Assembly: GCA_002633005.1 (NCBI GenBank)
Contig: NMRA01000292.1
Span: 1 to 64,000, forward strand
Direction: 5' to 3'
DNA from: Phoronis australis
Taxonomy: Eukaryota > Animalia > Phoronida
Length of the DNA stretch: 64,000 nt
Below the pieces are notes generated by a model. The model had not been told where the DNA came from and ran no database searches. It worked only from the letters and a program-made list of their open reading frames with translations. Both the position numbers and the translations under genes were made by a program. Of the stretch, positions 1 to 12,700 are shown piece after piece (the stretch's first letter is position 1; every line of letters starts with the position of its first letter).

Positions 1-1542
1 AGCGATACTCAACGTCCCACAATAAATACAAGTCTGTTCGCCAGCTTGGCTCGACTAGGCTGGATACTACCGGGTTCATGAACTCGGTTTATTTACGAGT
101 TCTCAGGGCCTCCACTGGGGGCGCCAGTATGCTTGTGACGTCAGTGGACAAAAGGGGAATTGGCCAACATTCACCATTCTGCGGTCGCCTGAGATATCGC
201 GGGAGAGCCTATACTTAGCCATAGTTCCGTTACAAATAAGCCGTGATCCGAATTTGACACTTGAAATTGGATCTGAGCCCCCCAAAGACTAAAACTGCAC
301 ACATTTACATGTTGTTTCACCCGTATAATATTAATTACCGGGGTTAATTAATAAACTCAACATTTCCCTACGCTCCTGCTGTTTTATTTTTATGCGGCAA
401 CCAATGGGGGGGCTCTAGCCCCTCTAAATCCGCCTATGTAAAACTGAAAGTAGTTTCCCAGACTTCAACCAATGAGAATGACTTAATGTCGCGACGTCCG
501 TTTCATTACTTTAACCAATGAGTAGTCACGTTAAACAACATTCAATACTGTTACCTTTCCTAGCACTGTGAAAGAGTGTATTACTACTAGGAATCGCCGG
601 AACTAGACAATTATCCTCGCTCGTGACTCGATGACTAGAGCAGCTTGGCAGCATCCCTTTGATCGTGAGCCGAGCGCGACTCAACCAAGGTGGATAAATA
701 CGGTCTAGTTCAATTTTCCATATCCCACCGTTCACCTTAACCACTGGGATTAGAACCAATTTTATTTAGTGGGAATGTTCATAGCATGATATTCATCACA
801 CCATATCTTATATGTCAATAGTCTTGATTTTACTTTATTTCTGTTTCTGTTGACAAAGGAAGTTATTACATCCGAAAATTTCAGTTGATTCATTCTTGTT
901 TTTTTATTTACTTATTTATATTCTACATTTCGTGAAACAATAGTATCCTTGGGAGGATCTGGATCGCCTTATTTAGTTTCAGATTTATTTTCTACGCCAA
1001 ATGAAAGTATTCGTGAGTGTTGCTGTGTTGCAAACTCTCTTATCCTGGACCGATTTGAAAAATTCAAAGTTGTACTCATATTTGTTTTCGCTCGTCTTTT
1101 CAAATACTACAGTAAAAACTGCGTAAAACTCTCCCCATAAAAAGTACAGTCTGCTACGCTAGATTGTAATCAGCTGATCATCATTTATCCGCATGAGCGA
1201 AGCCAATTATCCTCGCTCGTGACTCGATGAGAGCAGCTTGGCAGCATCCCTTTGATCGTGAGCAGAGCGCGACTCAGTCAGGGTGGATAAATACGGTGTA
1301 GTTCAATTTGCCAAACCCCACCTTTTACCCTGATAGGCGGGGTTTGGGCCAATCTTATTTAGTGGGAATGTTTATAGCATGCGACCCGAACTTTGAGGAT
1401 CAATAACTCCAAATTGGGTGCAGCTACGTTCTTAAAATTTAACACATAATTTTAGGCAGTATACATTCATATTCCATAGTGCACCGGAAGAGGTCATTTG
1501 GTGCAAAGGTCATGTAATTTTCAAAATGCTACTCCTTCTTTN

Positions 1543-1710
1543 GGCTGCGGCCCGCCTAAGTGCTATGCCGGAGCCTGCCTGCGCCGCCCTCGGCGGCTTG
1601 GCTGCGGCCTGCCTAAATGCTACGTCGGCCAGCCTGCCTTCGCTGCCTCAGTCCGGCAGCTTGGCTGAGGCCCGCCTAAGTGCTACGTCGGAGCCTGCCT
1701 GCGCTGCCTT
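1543..1710 (+). repeat. GC-rich ~60-bp minisatellite, three diverged copies
   Basis: GGCTGCGGCC(C/T)GCCTAA(G/A)TGCTA...AGCCTGCCT recurs at ~1543, ~1600 and ~1662. Confidence 0.8.
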
Positions 1711-2200
1711 ATAACTTGTAAAAAATGTTCTATTCAATACGTAGGACTAACTCAACATAATCTACAAACTCGGTTTCGTAATCATAGATTGAACATAATA
1801 CATAAAAACATTTCTGATACTATAGGTAATCATTTCAATTCCAGAAACCATAGTATTCAAGATCTTTCTGTACAAATAATAGAAAAACTCCAACACCCCA
1901 GTACCCCTTACAGACTCAAAAGAGAACCATATTGGATAGACAAGCTCAATACTATAGAACCTCATGGATTGAACTTAAAAACTTCTTAAAATAGGTCATT
2001 GAATTTTTTACGTAAAAATGTATCATATTCATCGCACCATATCTTATATGTCAATTGTCTTGATTTTACTTTATTTCTGTTTCTGTTGACAAAGGAAGTT
2101 ATTACATCCGAAAATTTCAGTTGGTTCATTCTTGTTTTTTTATTTACTTATTTATATTCTACATTTCGTGAAACAATAGTATCCTTGGGAGGATCTGGAT
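1711..2200 (+). mobile_element. Penelope-like retroelement 3' fragment (GIY-YIG endonuclease C-terminus plus 3' repeat)
   Basis: Frame reads ITCKKCSIQYVGLT...RFRNHR...IGNHFNSRNHSIQDLSVQIIE...RLKREPYWIDKLNTIEPHGLN, typical of a PLE GIY-YIG domain. The downstream non-coding segment recurs at ~789-1140. Confidence 0.8.
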
Positions 2201-2724
2201 CGTCTTATTTAGTTTCAGATTTATTTTCTACGCCAAATGAAAGTATTTAGTCGTGAGTGTTGCTGTGTTGCAAAATCTCTTATCCTGGACCGATTTGAAA
2301 AATTCAAAGTTGTACTCATATTTGGTTTCGCTCGTCTTTTCAAATACTACAGTAAAAACTACGTAAAACTCTCCCCATAAAAAGTACAGTCTGCTACGCT
2401 AGATTGTAATCAGCTGATCATATCCGCATGAGCGAAGCCAATCATCCTCGCTCGTGACTCGATGAGAACAGCTTGGCAGCATCCTTTGATCGTGAGCAGA
2501 GCGCGACTCAGTCAGGGTGGATAAATACGGTCTAGTTCAATTTGCCAAACCCCACCTTTTACCCTGATAGGCGGGGTTTGGGCCAATCTTATTTAGTGGG
2601 AATATTTATAGCATGCGACCCGAACTTTGAGGATCAATAACTCCAAATTGGGTGCAGCTACGTTCTTAAAATTTAACATATAATTTTAGGCAGTATATGA
2701 ATTTTGATTCATTACATATTCATA

Positions 2725-3670
2725 TTCCATAGTGCACCGGAAGAGGTCATTTGGTGCAAAGGTCATGTAATTTTCAAAATGCTACTCCTTCTTTATTTTA
2801 AAATCTATTGTTTTCAAATTCGGTACACAGGTATAAGTCAATAAGGCAATTTAAGAAATTACTTTTCTAAGTAATCGGGTCATCCAATCAGGTTAAACAG
2901 GTCAAATGTCATTAGGTGCAAACTAAGATTTTGAGCTAAACACTTCAAATTCACAGGTCTGATTAGCACAGGTAATTCACTTTGTAATCCAAAGCTTCAG
3001 GTCATTTATAGTGCAAACATGGGGTCATTAGCTGCATTTTTCTTTTGAAATTTTGACCTTTTCATTCACCAAGTATTCTGATGTGTCATCTGTCACTTAG
3101 ACAACTGTGATTCTCAGCATTAAACACATTTTTCATGGGCTTCGCAATAATTCCCCTCAAGACGCTTATAATGCACCGGATAGGGTCAATTAGTGCAAAG
3201 GTCATCTAACGCTCAAAATGTTATATCTCACGTTTTTCAATGAATTCTTTTCAAGTTCAGCACACTGACGCAAGTCACCATGCCAATCGAACGTGCTACT
3301 TTACTATGCAATAGGCTTAAGCAGTCAGAAAAATAGGTCGAAAAGTTTGAGCTAGAGACTTCAAAATTACATATCTGTTTATTAAATGTGATTGAGCTTG
3401 AATTCTAAATTATCAGGCGATTTGGTGCCCCCATGGGGTCATTAGGTGCATTTTTCTTCTGAAAGTTTGACCAATTCATTCATGTTGTATTCTAAAGTGC
3501 TTAAAGTAAAACATCTGTGATTCTTAGCATTAACCACACTTTTAATCGAGTTTACAATTATTCTCTCATCTGGGCTCATAATGCACCGAAAGAAGTCAAT
3601 TAGTGGAAAGGTCATCAAAATATTAACATGTTGTTTTTCCTACAATTTTAAAGAATTCCTTTTCATATTG
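2725..3670 (+). repeat. Diverged tandem array, unit ~410-440 bp
   Basis: ATA(G/A)TGCACCG(G/A)A...GTCA(T/A)TT(G/A)GTG(C/G)AAAGGTCAT recurs at ~2729, ~3168 and ~3578, with shared internal blocks (ATGGGGTCATTAG...TGCATTTTTCTT). Confidence 0.7.
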
Positions 3671-4525
3671 GTAAACGGGTTGCTGTCAGTAACTTCCCAT
3701 AACAATTGCAGTAATACGCACACGCAGAGTCTTTCTAGTTTGGTTTTGGTATAATAGTTATAACTCCTTGACACAGACTGTCAGGTAAATTACCACGATC
3801 GTAGCTATTGAAAGATCTCACTAAAAAGTCGGACAGCTAAATCCGTCCAAAAAATATGGAAATTTGTTGAGAACTCATCAGGGCCAGCGGGCGTTTTATT
3901 ATTCTTCATATTTTAAAAACATTTAGACCTTCGTTAATTGAGACAGGATTATCAATTTTTTACTTTCACAATTATCGATTTTTACAATTATAGTGAGCCA
4001 AATCCAAGTCAAAATTTTGTCGTCTTTACAGGTATACAACAATTTAAGGATATCGGTGAGCAATTCTGTTTGATTTGAAACGAAATTGCCATGTCCAGTA
4101 TCTTGCGGCGCGGATACAGCACGGCTTCTTATACGCAAAATTTGCACTACGGCTTAACAACGAATATAAAAAACAGCAAAAATATTCTAGGCTGGTGACT
4201 GATATTTGGAGTCCAGAATTCGCAATGATTGTCAGAGCCGCACACTAAGTATGTCTCCCAACTCGAACTTGTTTTTGACATATTCTATTCTTTTTTACTA
4301 CAAACTCAAAATAACTAGGATTGTCACCTAGCCGTTTTTGAACAATGCGTGGATAATATCTGGAAACGAATGACCGCATAACTAACTGCAATTTCAGGCT
4401 TGGAAAATAATTGAAAAATACCGTGCACAAGACAGCCTTGACTAATTGAATTTATCGAATTTTTCAGTAAAAGTCGGCACTTTTGTGTTCAACCTTATGA
4501 AAACAGAAATATCGTGAACAGGTAC

Positions 4526-4921
4526 TTAAAGCTGCATTTCGTCCTGCTTAGCTGGCAACTTAAACAACCGTGACGAATTCCGCATTGGGTTTTTAACTCT
4601 CATGATGAAATCCGTGGGCTCGTAACATTCTTAAGATACCGTTATGGAATTCCATTTCCGTTATCGACAATAACATGGCAACCATCAGCGACTCGAAAAC
4701 TTCCGAGCATTAAGGTTCGCCAACCCTAAAATGTCGAATTCGAAGATGTCGCACATACGCATTGCGTGCGACTTGAGTTCTGTTGTAATGGAAATAGAAT
4801 CAACCACTGTAAGGAATATTACGAGAACGATTTCATGAGTACTGCTGTAAAAGGCTTTTAAACCTTAAAATTCGATTTCCGTTTATCGCCTGCTAAACTA
4901 CATGGCGAAACGCAGCTTTAA
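4526..4921. mobile_element. Non-autonomous TTAA-flanked foldback element (Kolobok-like MITE)
   Basis: Left TTAAAGCTGCATTTCGTCC and right GGCGAAACGCAGCTTTAA are inverted; further imperfect inverted blocks lie inside. Confidence 0.65.
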
Positions 4922-6739
4922 CACAATCTCTCGTTTTAACCACGGCGATGTCCCAGAACACTTCGGCGATAGCTTTTAGTATCTACGGTTTTTTATAGAT
5001 TCAAGTAAAGGCAAATGTGGAGCCTTCAGTCCCTTTAACAATTTAATTTCCGTCAACTAGATTGTTCTCTTCTTATTTAATAAAGTCACACGGGTGTGAT
5101 TCTTTTTACAAATGTTATCAAGTGTAGACTCTTTATGTGCTAAAAATTGCAGTGGCAAGGTGGTGAAGTTTTTTGTTTTAATGTTGCAGCCTAGTTCACA
5201 CACGTTCGACACTTCAACCTGATTCTCTCCGCTCCAGTTTTGGTGAAAAAACAAATTTTTAATTCAAGCCAATTTCAATCTCAAAAGTTTTTCTGATCAA
5301 ACAGAACATTCAATTTTCTATTCTGCATTTGAATCCAATATACCACATGGCGGACCGAACTGAATGACCCCTAACCACTGACCACTTTTTATAAACCTGG
5401 ATGTAAAAATGCAGATTTACACACAAGGCTGTTATTTAAGAACTACATCAATTTCAGTGACTGGACAAACTCGCTGTGATTTAGAAATCCGCCCTCTTTA
5501 AACAAGTGGAAAACGCACCTTTGAATAGCAATGAATTCGAAGGAAATCCGCCATGACCTCAAGTGCTGTATGGTGACAGATGATTGGGGGCAGAAAAAAG
5601 CAGAGTCAACAACAGTGTGAACTCAAATATATATTTAGGAGACTCATAAAAATGGAGGGTACTCCTCAGGCAAGTCAAACAGCTTAAATCAAATAACACA
5701 CCAATCTTATCACAGGCGATACAACACACATTATTGTGACTTACAAGAGAGATTTTGTTAAGTATAAAAATGTGTTAATGACATACCAAAATATTGATTT
5801 AAAGCACAACTACTTCTTCTATTACAGGGCTTGAAGGACACACACACCTAACTTGAACTTGCATCACAACTATGCAGTAAATTGCCAATAGACATCACAG
5901 ACACCGAGGACATGTGACCACTGGTTTTCACTCCATATACATGCCACCCTTTGCAACCAAGGGGAGTAGGTGTCACATAGCAGGAATTTGTGCCACCAAT
6001 GGATGGGATATTTTGACCCAACAGTTGCAGTTTTGCGTGGGTATACTGGCCTCTCAGGCATCGCTTTAGGTGGGTAATTTGACATTGTGACTAAATGGTA
6101 ACAGTGGTGTTGTCTTACTAGGTATTTTTTATCAATTGTCATTGCCTCAGGTTCACATTTTCTTGGTTGCCCACATAGTGCGTTAGAATTTTAACATGTG
6201 GCTGGATCCTCCCTAACCCATTATGTGGAAGGGAGCCCCTGAAATGTGACCTCAACAACCTAGCGAACACTTCACAATGTATGTAGGCAATTAACTGCAA
6301 AGTTGCCCACCAGCCAGTTGAGCAGTATCCTTCTAACAGACAACAGTACAGTCATGCATTTAACTGACAGGTGACTCGACATGAGCTGGGTGATGCTAAT
6401 GACCTAAGAGTTCTTGTTATCATGTAGGAAAACTAATAACAGAAAGTCATTCACTAGCATGAAAACATCAGTGGAATAAGGATGCCACCTGACCTGGGTG
6501 CATTTCTACAAGTGGAACCATTGTTTCACTATGTGCCACTGAGCAAATTCTAAGTTCTTCATTTTGCATACAAGAAGTGCTGCTGCCTAATGGTATAATA
6601 CTGTAAATGGTATAATTATAAATTACCTTTGCCAGATTTTAATTGAAGACAGAATTGTGTTAGTGTACAATGATGAGACAGATTATTTTAATAAGAGACA
6701 AGCATGCAATAAGACATGGCCAAAATGTGTAAAGATGAG

Positions 6740-9700
6740 CTAAACAAATGAATAATGGTTCTCTACTGCGCGTCCATGCAGAGCCTGCGCGTGGTCTCGG
6801 GCCATGTTCTCCATTGACTCCGTTCGTGTCCTCACAGATCCACTGTTCGTCATAACCATGTCTGACGGGTCGGCCGACGCATGTAACGTCAACGTGCCAC
6901 CATGGACACCAATGTGTGTAGCCACAGCTGGCTGGGCACGTACGAGACTGGGTGAGACTCGTATTGGCTGTGAGGCCAGTTGAGGCAGGCCTTGGGCACG
7001 CTCCATATTCACCACATAATCAGATAAAGTGACATCTGATGACCCTCCTGACTCAAGAGGTATTGGATGCGTACGAAAGTGTTCCAACATGTCAAATATT
7101 GTCTGGAACCACAGGTGTTGTACTCGACACTGTCCTTCGCTGTTTATTGTCATACGTAAATGCTGGAAAATAGAGTTGACCATTAGGAAAATAAAGCGTC
7201 TTCCACTGAAGCAGCCGGTACACAGACATTGAAATAGGGACACTAATGTTGTACTGGAAGTGTCTACACAACTTTTGCTGGTTAGAAGCTGATTTAAATC
7301 ATCCTAAACATGCTGCTATTGATATAATCCAGGATGACATCACAACGAATAGTGAATTTCCACCAGTTCAAATATTAAATTCAACAGCTATAGTAGGATA
7401 TAACGCTCCCACATTTTGAGAACCAGACGTGTGTGATCCCCTTATTAAGTGGAGAAAACTGTTTTTCAAAATATGGGGACAATATATACAAGAGCAACGT
7501 GCAGCATTGAAATGTGCCCATGAATGCACCGAAAACAGTGTGCTTCTAGAGGTGTTTATCATAAAAATAGCAATTAAATGGCTCAAAATAAATTACCCAT
7601 CCAACAATGGGAATGTGTCGTCGTCTCTCAAAATTATTTGCCAAATTTTATGAAAATCCGTCAAAGAACTCCCAAAGATACAAATTAAGATAAACATAAA
7701 AAACTGCCATTAGGAACCACAGCAATAGTCGAATCCTTCCATCTGCTGTCAAGTTAATTTCAAAAACATCTTGCAAGGGATTTAGCAGATACAGCCTTTG
7801 ATGCGTAAAAATGTCACGTAGTTAGACCAGTTTGAAAATCCATGCCATTTCTTATCAGTAGGAGCACATCTGCCAATGATCCTCTGCGTGGTTTGGCAGA
7901 TACAGAAGCAGAAGACAAAAACAGATTAAAAAATAATTAAACTGGCCACAAGTTGGTGCAGAATACTTCGAATCTATCACAAAAAGGAATGATGCTGTCG
8001 TCTTTGTGATAGAAAATTGTTTGCCCAATTTCATGAAAAAGCATCAAGGATAATATTGCCAATAGGGAGCACAGTTGTAGTTGGATTGATCTGAAACTGA
8101 CTGTCATCAGTTGGCATCTCCATAGGAACACATCTGCTAAATTTCAGGAAGATCTTGCAAAGGGTAAAGAGATACAGCCGTGGACGCAAAAAATAGAACT
8201 GTCAACTACTCTGGCCAGAGTAGGAGGCGCCACATGGATAATCATAGTCAACCGCCCTCTTCACACTAAGCCAGTTTTCACAATGTCGGAATAAATATTG
8301 ATTAAGTAATTAGTACAGATAGTTCCATTTAAGTACTTTTAAACCATGGGGTCAAACTTGTTTACATAATTGTATTTTTGATGTCAAGAATTCGAAGATC
8401 TATTTTCAGATGACGCTTACTACTTTGGTTCTGGGGTCAGTGCACTCTAATTATTCATGAAATTTCTGAGATCAAATCGTAACAGCCAATGATATGATTG
8501 GATAAGATCATGTGGTTTTTTATTAGCAAATCGTTAAGAATTAAGTACATTACTATAATTTGGGCAGAAGTTTGCAAAATACTCAGATGGGATTTAACAG
8601 TTGAAGCTAGAAGATTTGCTACAGTGTACAGAAGAAATTGTACGACAGAGCCAACTCGAGGAAGATTCTGAAGGATCTTGGCAAGGGCAAAGGTTAACAA
8701 ACAGGAAGCTAACTAAGAGCTCGTCACTTGCATCGTGGGTAGTTGGATAAGTGTTGTGTCACAAGAGACTGTGACCAGCAAGAGTAAACATGGGTAGAAG
8801 ATACTGCCTGCAAGTCTTGCGTCGCAAAAGGACAGTGACCACCAAGTACACTGTCGCAGTAACAGTGTGTGTTAGTTCGAAGATTCACCAACAGGACTGT
8901 CATCCACAGGCCAAAACAGAAATTCCATTACAAAAAAACCTGTTTGGTTTCAACTCCAGACAACAACTTCCAAATCAAGGCCAACCCCAACTTTTTAAAA
9001 ACCGTCTTAAACCACAAATGCTCAGTATAATTCCCACGCTAATTTTGAGAAATATTTTCTACTCGTATGCCCAGAGCATTAACTTGGAGGAGTACAGTAT
9101 TAATTTCACCCTCAATCTTGTAAAAGAGACGGGTTTCTATCAGACACCTGGCTTCTGTCACCTGCACGTTCTGAAGAAATAAGCTTACCTTAGCCCTACT
9201 CTGGAAGTTAAAAGTGAGGACATATTCTCCCTTTCGTGTTTCACTCTGTCGTACAAGGAACACACCGTGGCCTACAGGCCCCTGTTGTAAGACAAGCTGC
9301 GCTGCCAGCATGCGAGACAGAGTACCGTGGAACCACGGGTATTCCTTCAGGTGCTGGTCAATGAGTACATCACTGCTGCCTATGCCTATCTGGAATGTAT
9401 CTGAAAAACAAAAGTACAAATTTGCATCTATTGTTTAAAAAAAAGAAATTGTCGTGATTTGGAGTCCTATGTTTCATGTTCTATGGGCCCAATAAAGCTT
9501 TCTTTGGCAAGACTGTTTTACTTTACCACTCACGGGCAGTGCCAATGAGGCTCAGTGGTGAGTATGGTGGACACCCAAAAAGGAGGTCATGCGTTCAATC
9601 CCTAGGTACTGCAGTGGGCAGTTGTGCCCTGGAAGAAAACAGTTTCTTGAGCTGTGAACGAGTGCCGGCCATGGCTGGGAAGTAACTTGTCCCGTTCAGG

Positions 9701-12700
9701 GGGAATTGAAAGACTGGTAAGCTCATGCTACAGAGACACCAATAAGCAATGGGCCCAATGAGCCCGACGGCTTGTGGAGGATTTAGTACTTGAGGCCACT
9801 CACAGGCAGGTAACATAAAGCTTGAAGGTAGCATGCAAATGTAAAGAAACTGACAACTGAGATAACTTACATTTTCAAGATGACACACCCGTAATTTTAA
9901 AGGGCTTGAATTCCCCGTAACAAGTCACACTTACCAAACCCGCTGTCAGATCTGGGTGACCCTGAAGTGTCATAAGAAGGCCGCGAAGGCGTCCTAGGAG
10001 GAAGTTCGGGAGGGTTTTCACTGTCCTCACTGGCTGATGACAATCGTCGGGAACTGACCACCAAGCCAGGTTCATCTGACAACAACCCAACCAACATTGT
10101 TAAGATAAAACATACATTGAAGGGACGTTATCAGTTTTACAGCAGAAAAGGGAAATTTTGGGATTATAGATGGATGGTACAGGCTTCTTGAAGTTATTAA
10201 TTTTGACCAGAGATACAAAACAACAAAATTCGTTGTTTTCATGAATTTAATGGCAATTCTCTAGATTGTCAGACAGTCATTTGCTGAAATCAAGGCCAGT
10301 GAGGAGTTTATAAGCTAAATACGCTTAAAATACTCCACGCAACCACACTAAAAATTTATAGTTGCGAATACGATGAGAGAAATTTTTGAGTGTAAGTACT
10401 AGACAATTTCTGTAATTAAAATTTAAGTTAAATTAAATTATTAGTTATGGCACATCATGTGAACAAGTACCAACGTTGCTATGGAAAATAATTACATATA
10501 GCAACTGAAGGTAAAGTCATATTTTTTGTTAACCGATGAGTACATTTTACACAATGACAAATTCAAATGAGCAGCAAAGGTCCTCAGACCATGTTAACTG
10601 GAAGGAGTGACCCCATCAAAACTTAGTTCTTGATGGAAGACTGGTTTATAGCAGTTTTAAAAAACACACGAGCAACGCCACTGTAATACAAATGAAATCA
10701 CCTTCTGTCATTAGGTTTCTCTACACTCACATTTCATCTTTGTAACACCTTATCCTTTTGTGGCAATGTCTCAATACTGCTAATTTGAATAAGACCAAGT
10801 TGCTAAACCAAGTGCACAAGAAGCACTATGGAATACATGAGTGAGGAAAGCAGGATATCTGAACCATGCAACATGAAACCACAAGGCGGAATGTCAGCTT
10901 AAATTCCTAATAACAAGTCTATGACTAAATCAGGGAGGATAAAATCATACGATGAAGTATTGTCCATCAGTCATCCATCCAAATTAGGAAAGACAAAGTA
11001 GTGAATTTGAAACCAGTCCCTGTGACCTTTTAAGTCGGAAACTGATGCTCGGAAGATGAGTTAAAAACCAACTCAATAATTAGCCAAGGCGTTTATCTGA
11101 CATCAATGAGTCTCTCAGAATCTCACAGATCCCCTAGAGAGTGATTGACCTCCATCTTTTCTTGGAATTCGGACATTCATCAACTGAACTGAACAATGAA
11201 ATCGGAGTTTTATTGCACAAACGAATGTCAATATGATATTCAAATAACAATACAGCTGGGATGAGAACCACTATCATGGTGAAGTTTAACGATAACTGTT
11301 TCACACAAGGAACAAAGGCAACTTGTAAGATAAAGTAAAACTCCAAGCCTCTGGTCATCATTGGTGCAGTAATTCTACACTTAATCAACACAAAATATGA
11401 TCGACAAGTGAAATTCTATTAAACAAACTTTTGGTAAATTTTCCATAGTTTACAGCAAGGTAATCAGACTCTGAAAATTGTAAAGATGACAAATTTAGCA
11501 ATTATTTTGTGCCACAAAAGTGGAGAATTACCATATGTAATCACAGAAAGTGAATGTTTTATTGGATACTCTAAACAACACTCACACAATGAAGTTAAAA
11601 GTAAACATTACATAAAATTTTTATGTTATACACTTGGTAAGGGATAAGATATTTTCGATAGTAGAATCGTTTTGAAAGACAATGAAAGCTTTCCAGACAG
11701 TATACTGAGATAAATATATGTCACAGTAGATTATTCAGATCTTCAACATGACAATAGACACTAAGAAACCACTCAAGTTGACTGCTAACTGAACTAAATG
11801 TTTGCCTAGAAAGGTTATCATGAGCACAGCCGTTTATTTGTAGAACACAAATACAAAATTTTATGAGTCCATGAAAGCTCTATAAAGTGAAAACACATTC
11901 TAACTGGGTTACAACAAAGCTGTTTTTAGACCTACCTTTACTTGGAGGCAAGTTGACAACTAATGAATGCTCTTTAGCTGTGGCACCTTGTGTTGCATTG
12001 GGACTTTTTCTGTAACGAACATGTGTTTCATTCAATAACATTAGCATTACAGGGGCCCTCGCTCACATGAAGGGAAAGGTGCCTGTGCCTTCTGAGAGGG
12101 GAATTTTTTAGTTGAGGTAAATGTCCATCCCCCATTGACATCCGTCAACGGTCAACGGCATGTCTCAAGTAACCAAAACTAACGTTTTACAGACTGAAAT
12201 GATTCTTATCATCAGATGGCAACTTTTAATCATCAGAGGGCAAATTTTGGGCCCGATGAGGAAAATTTCATGAGATTTTTAAAAATTGTTCACATGGAAA
12301 TAGGGCAATATTGGGCACAAATGAGGCATCGAGGACTCTGCATTATTAAGTAAACTTTAAAACCCCATGCAGCGCCATCTTTGAAATCATTGCTTTGGTT
12401 CGTGTTTTGGGCTAGAACCCTTTGTTAACATTCTCAAACCTGTCAACGATAAAACCATGGATTCATGAATGGTGAAAGGCTTCAACTTCGAAAATTCAGC
12501 AAAGCTAACTTAAGGTTATGCAGGACCTTATCAACAAGTCTGTACATTTAGTCAAATATCTACAAAACTATATGAATAAAACTCTGCAAAAAGTGTATAT
12601 TTTCAGAGACTACAAAGCCTGCAGACTTTGACTTTTAACTTTATAACATTCCTGTTTTAACTGGGTCACATGACTATGTCCTTTTAGTACAATTTAGAAA

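Larger units (their letters stand above)
608..2615 (+). repeat. ~175-bp direct repeat in three copies (608-788, 1204-1381, 2439-2615)
   Basis: CAATTATCCTCGCTCGTGACTCGATGA...TTTAGTGGGAATGTT(C/T)ATAGCATG seen three times; the first copy is more diverged. Confidence 0.8.
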
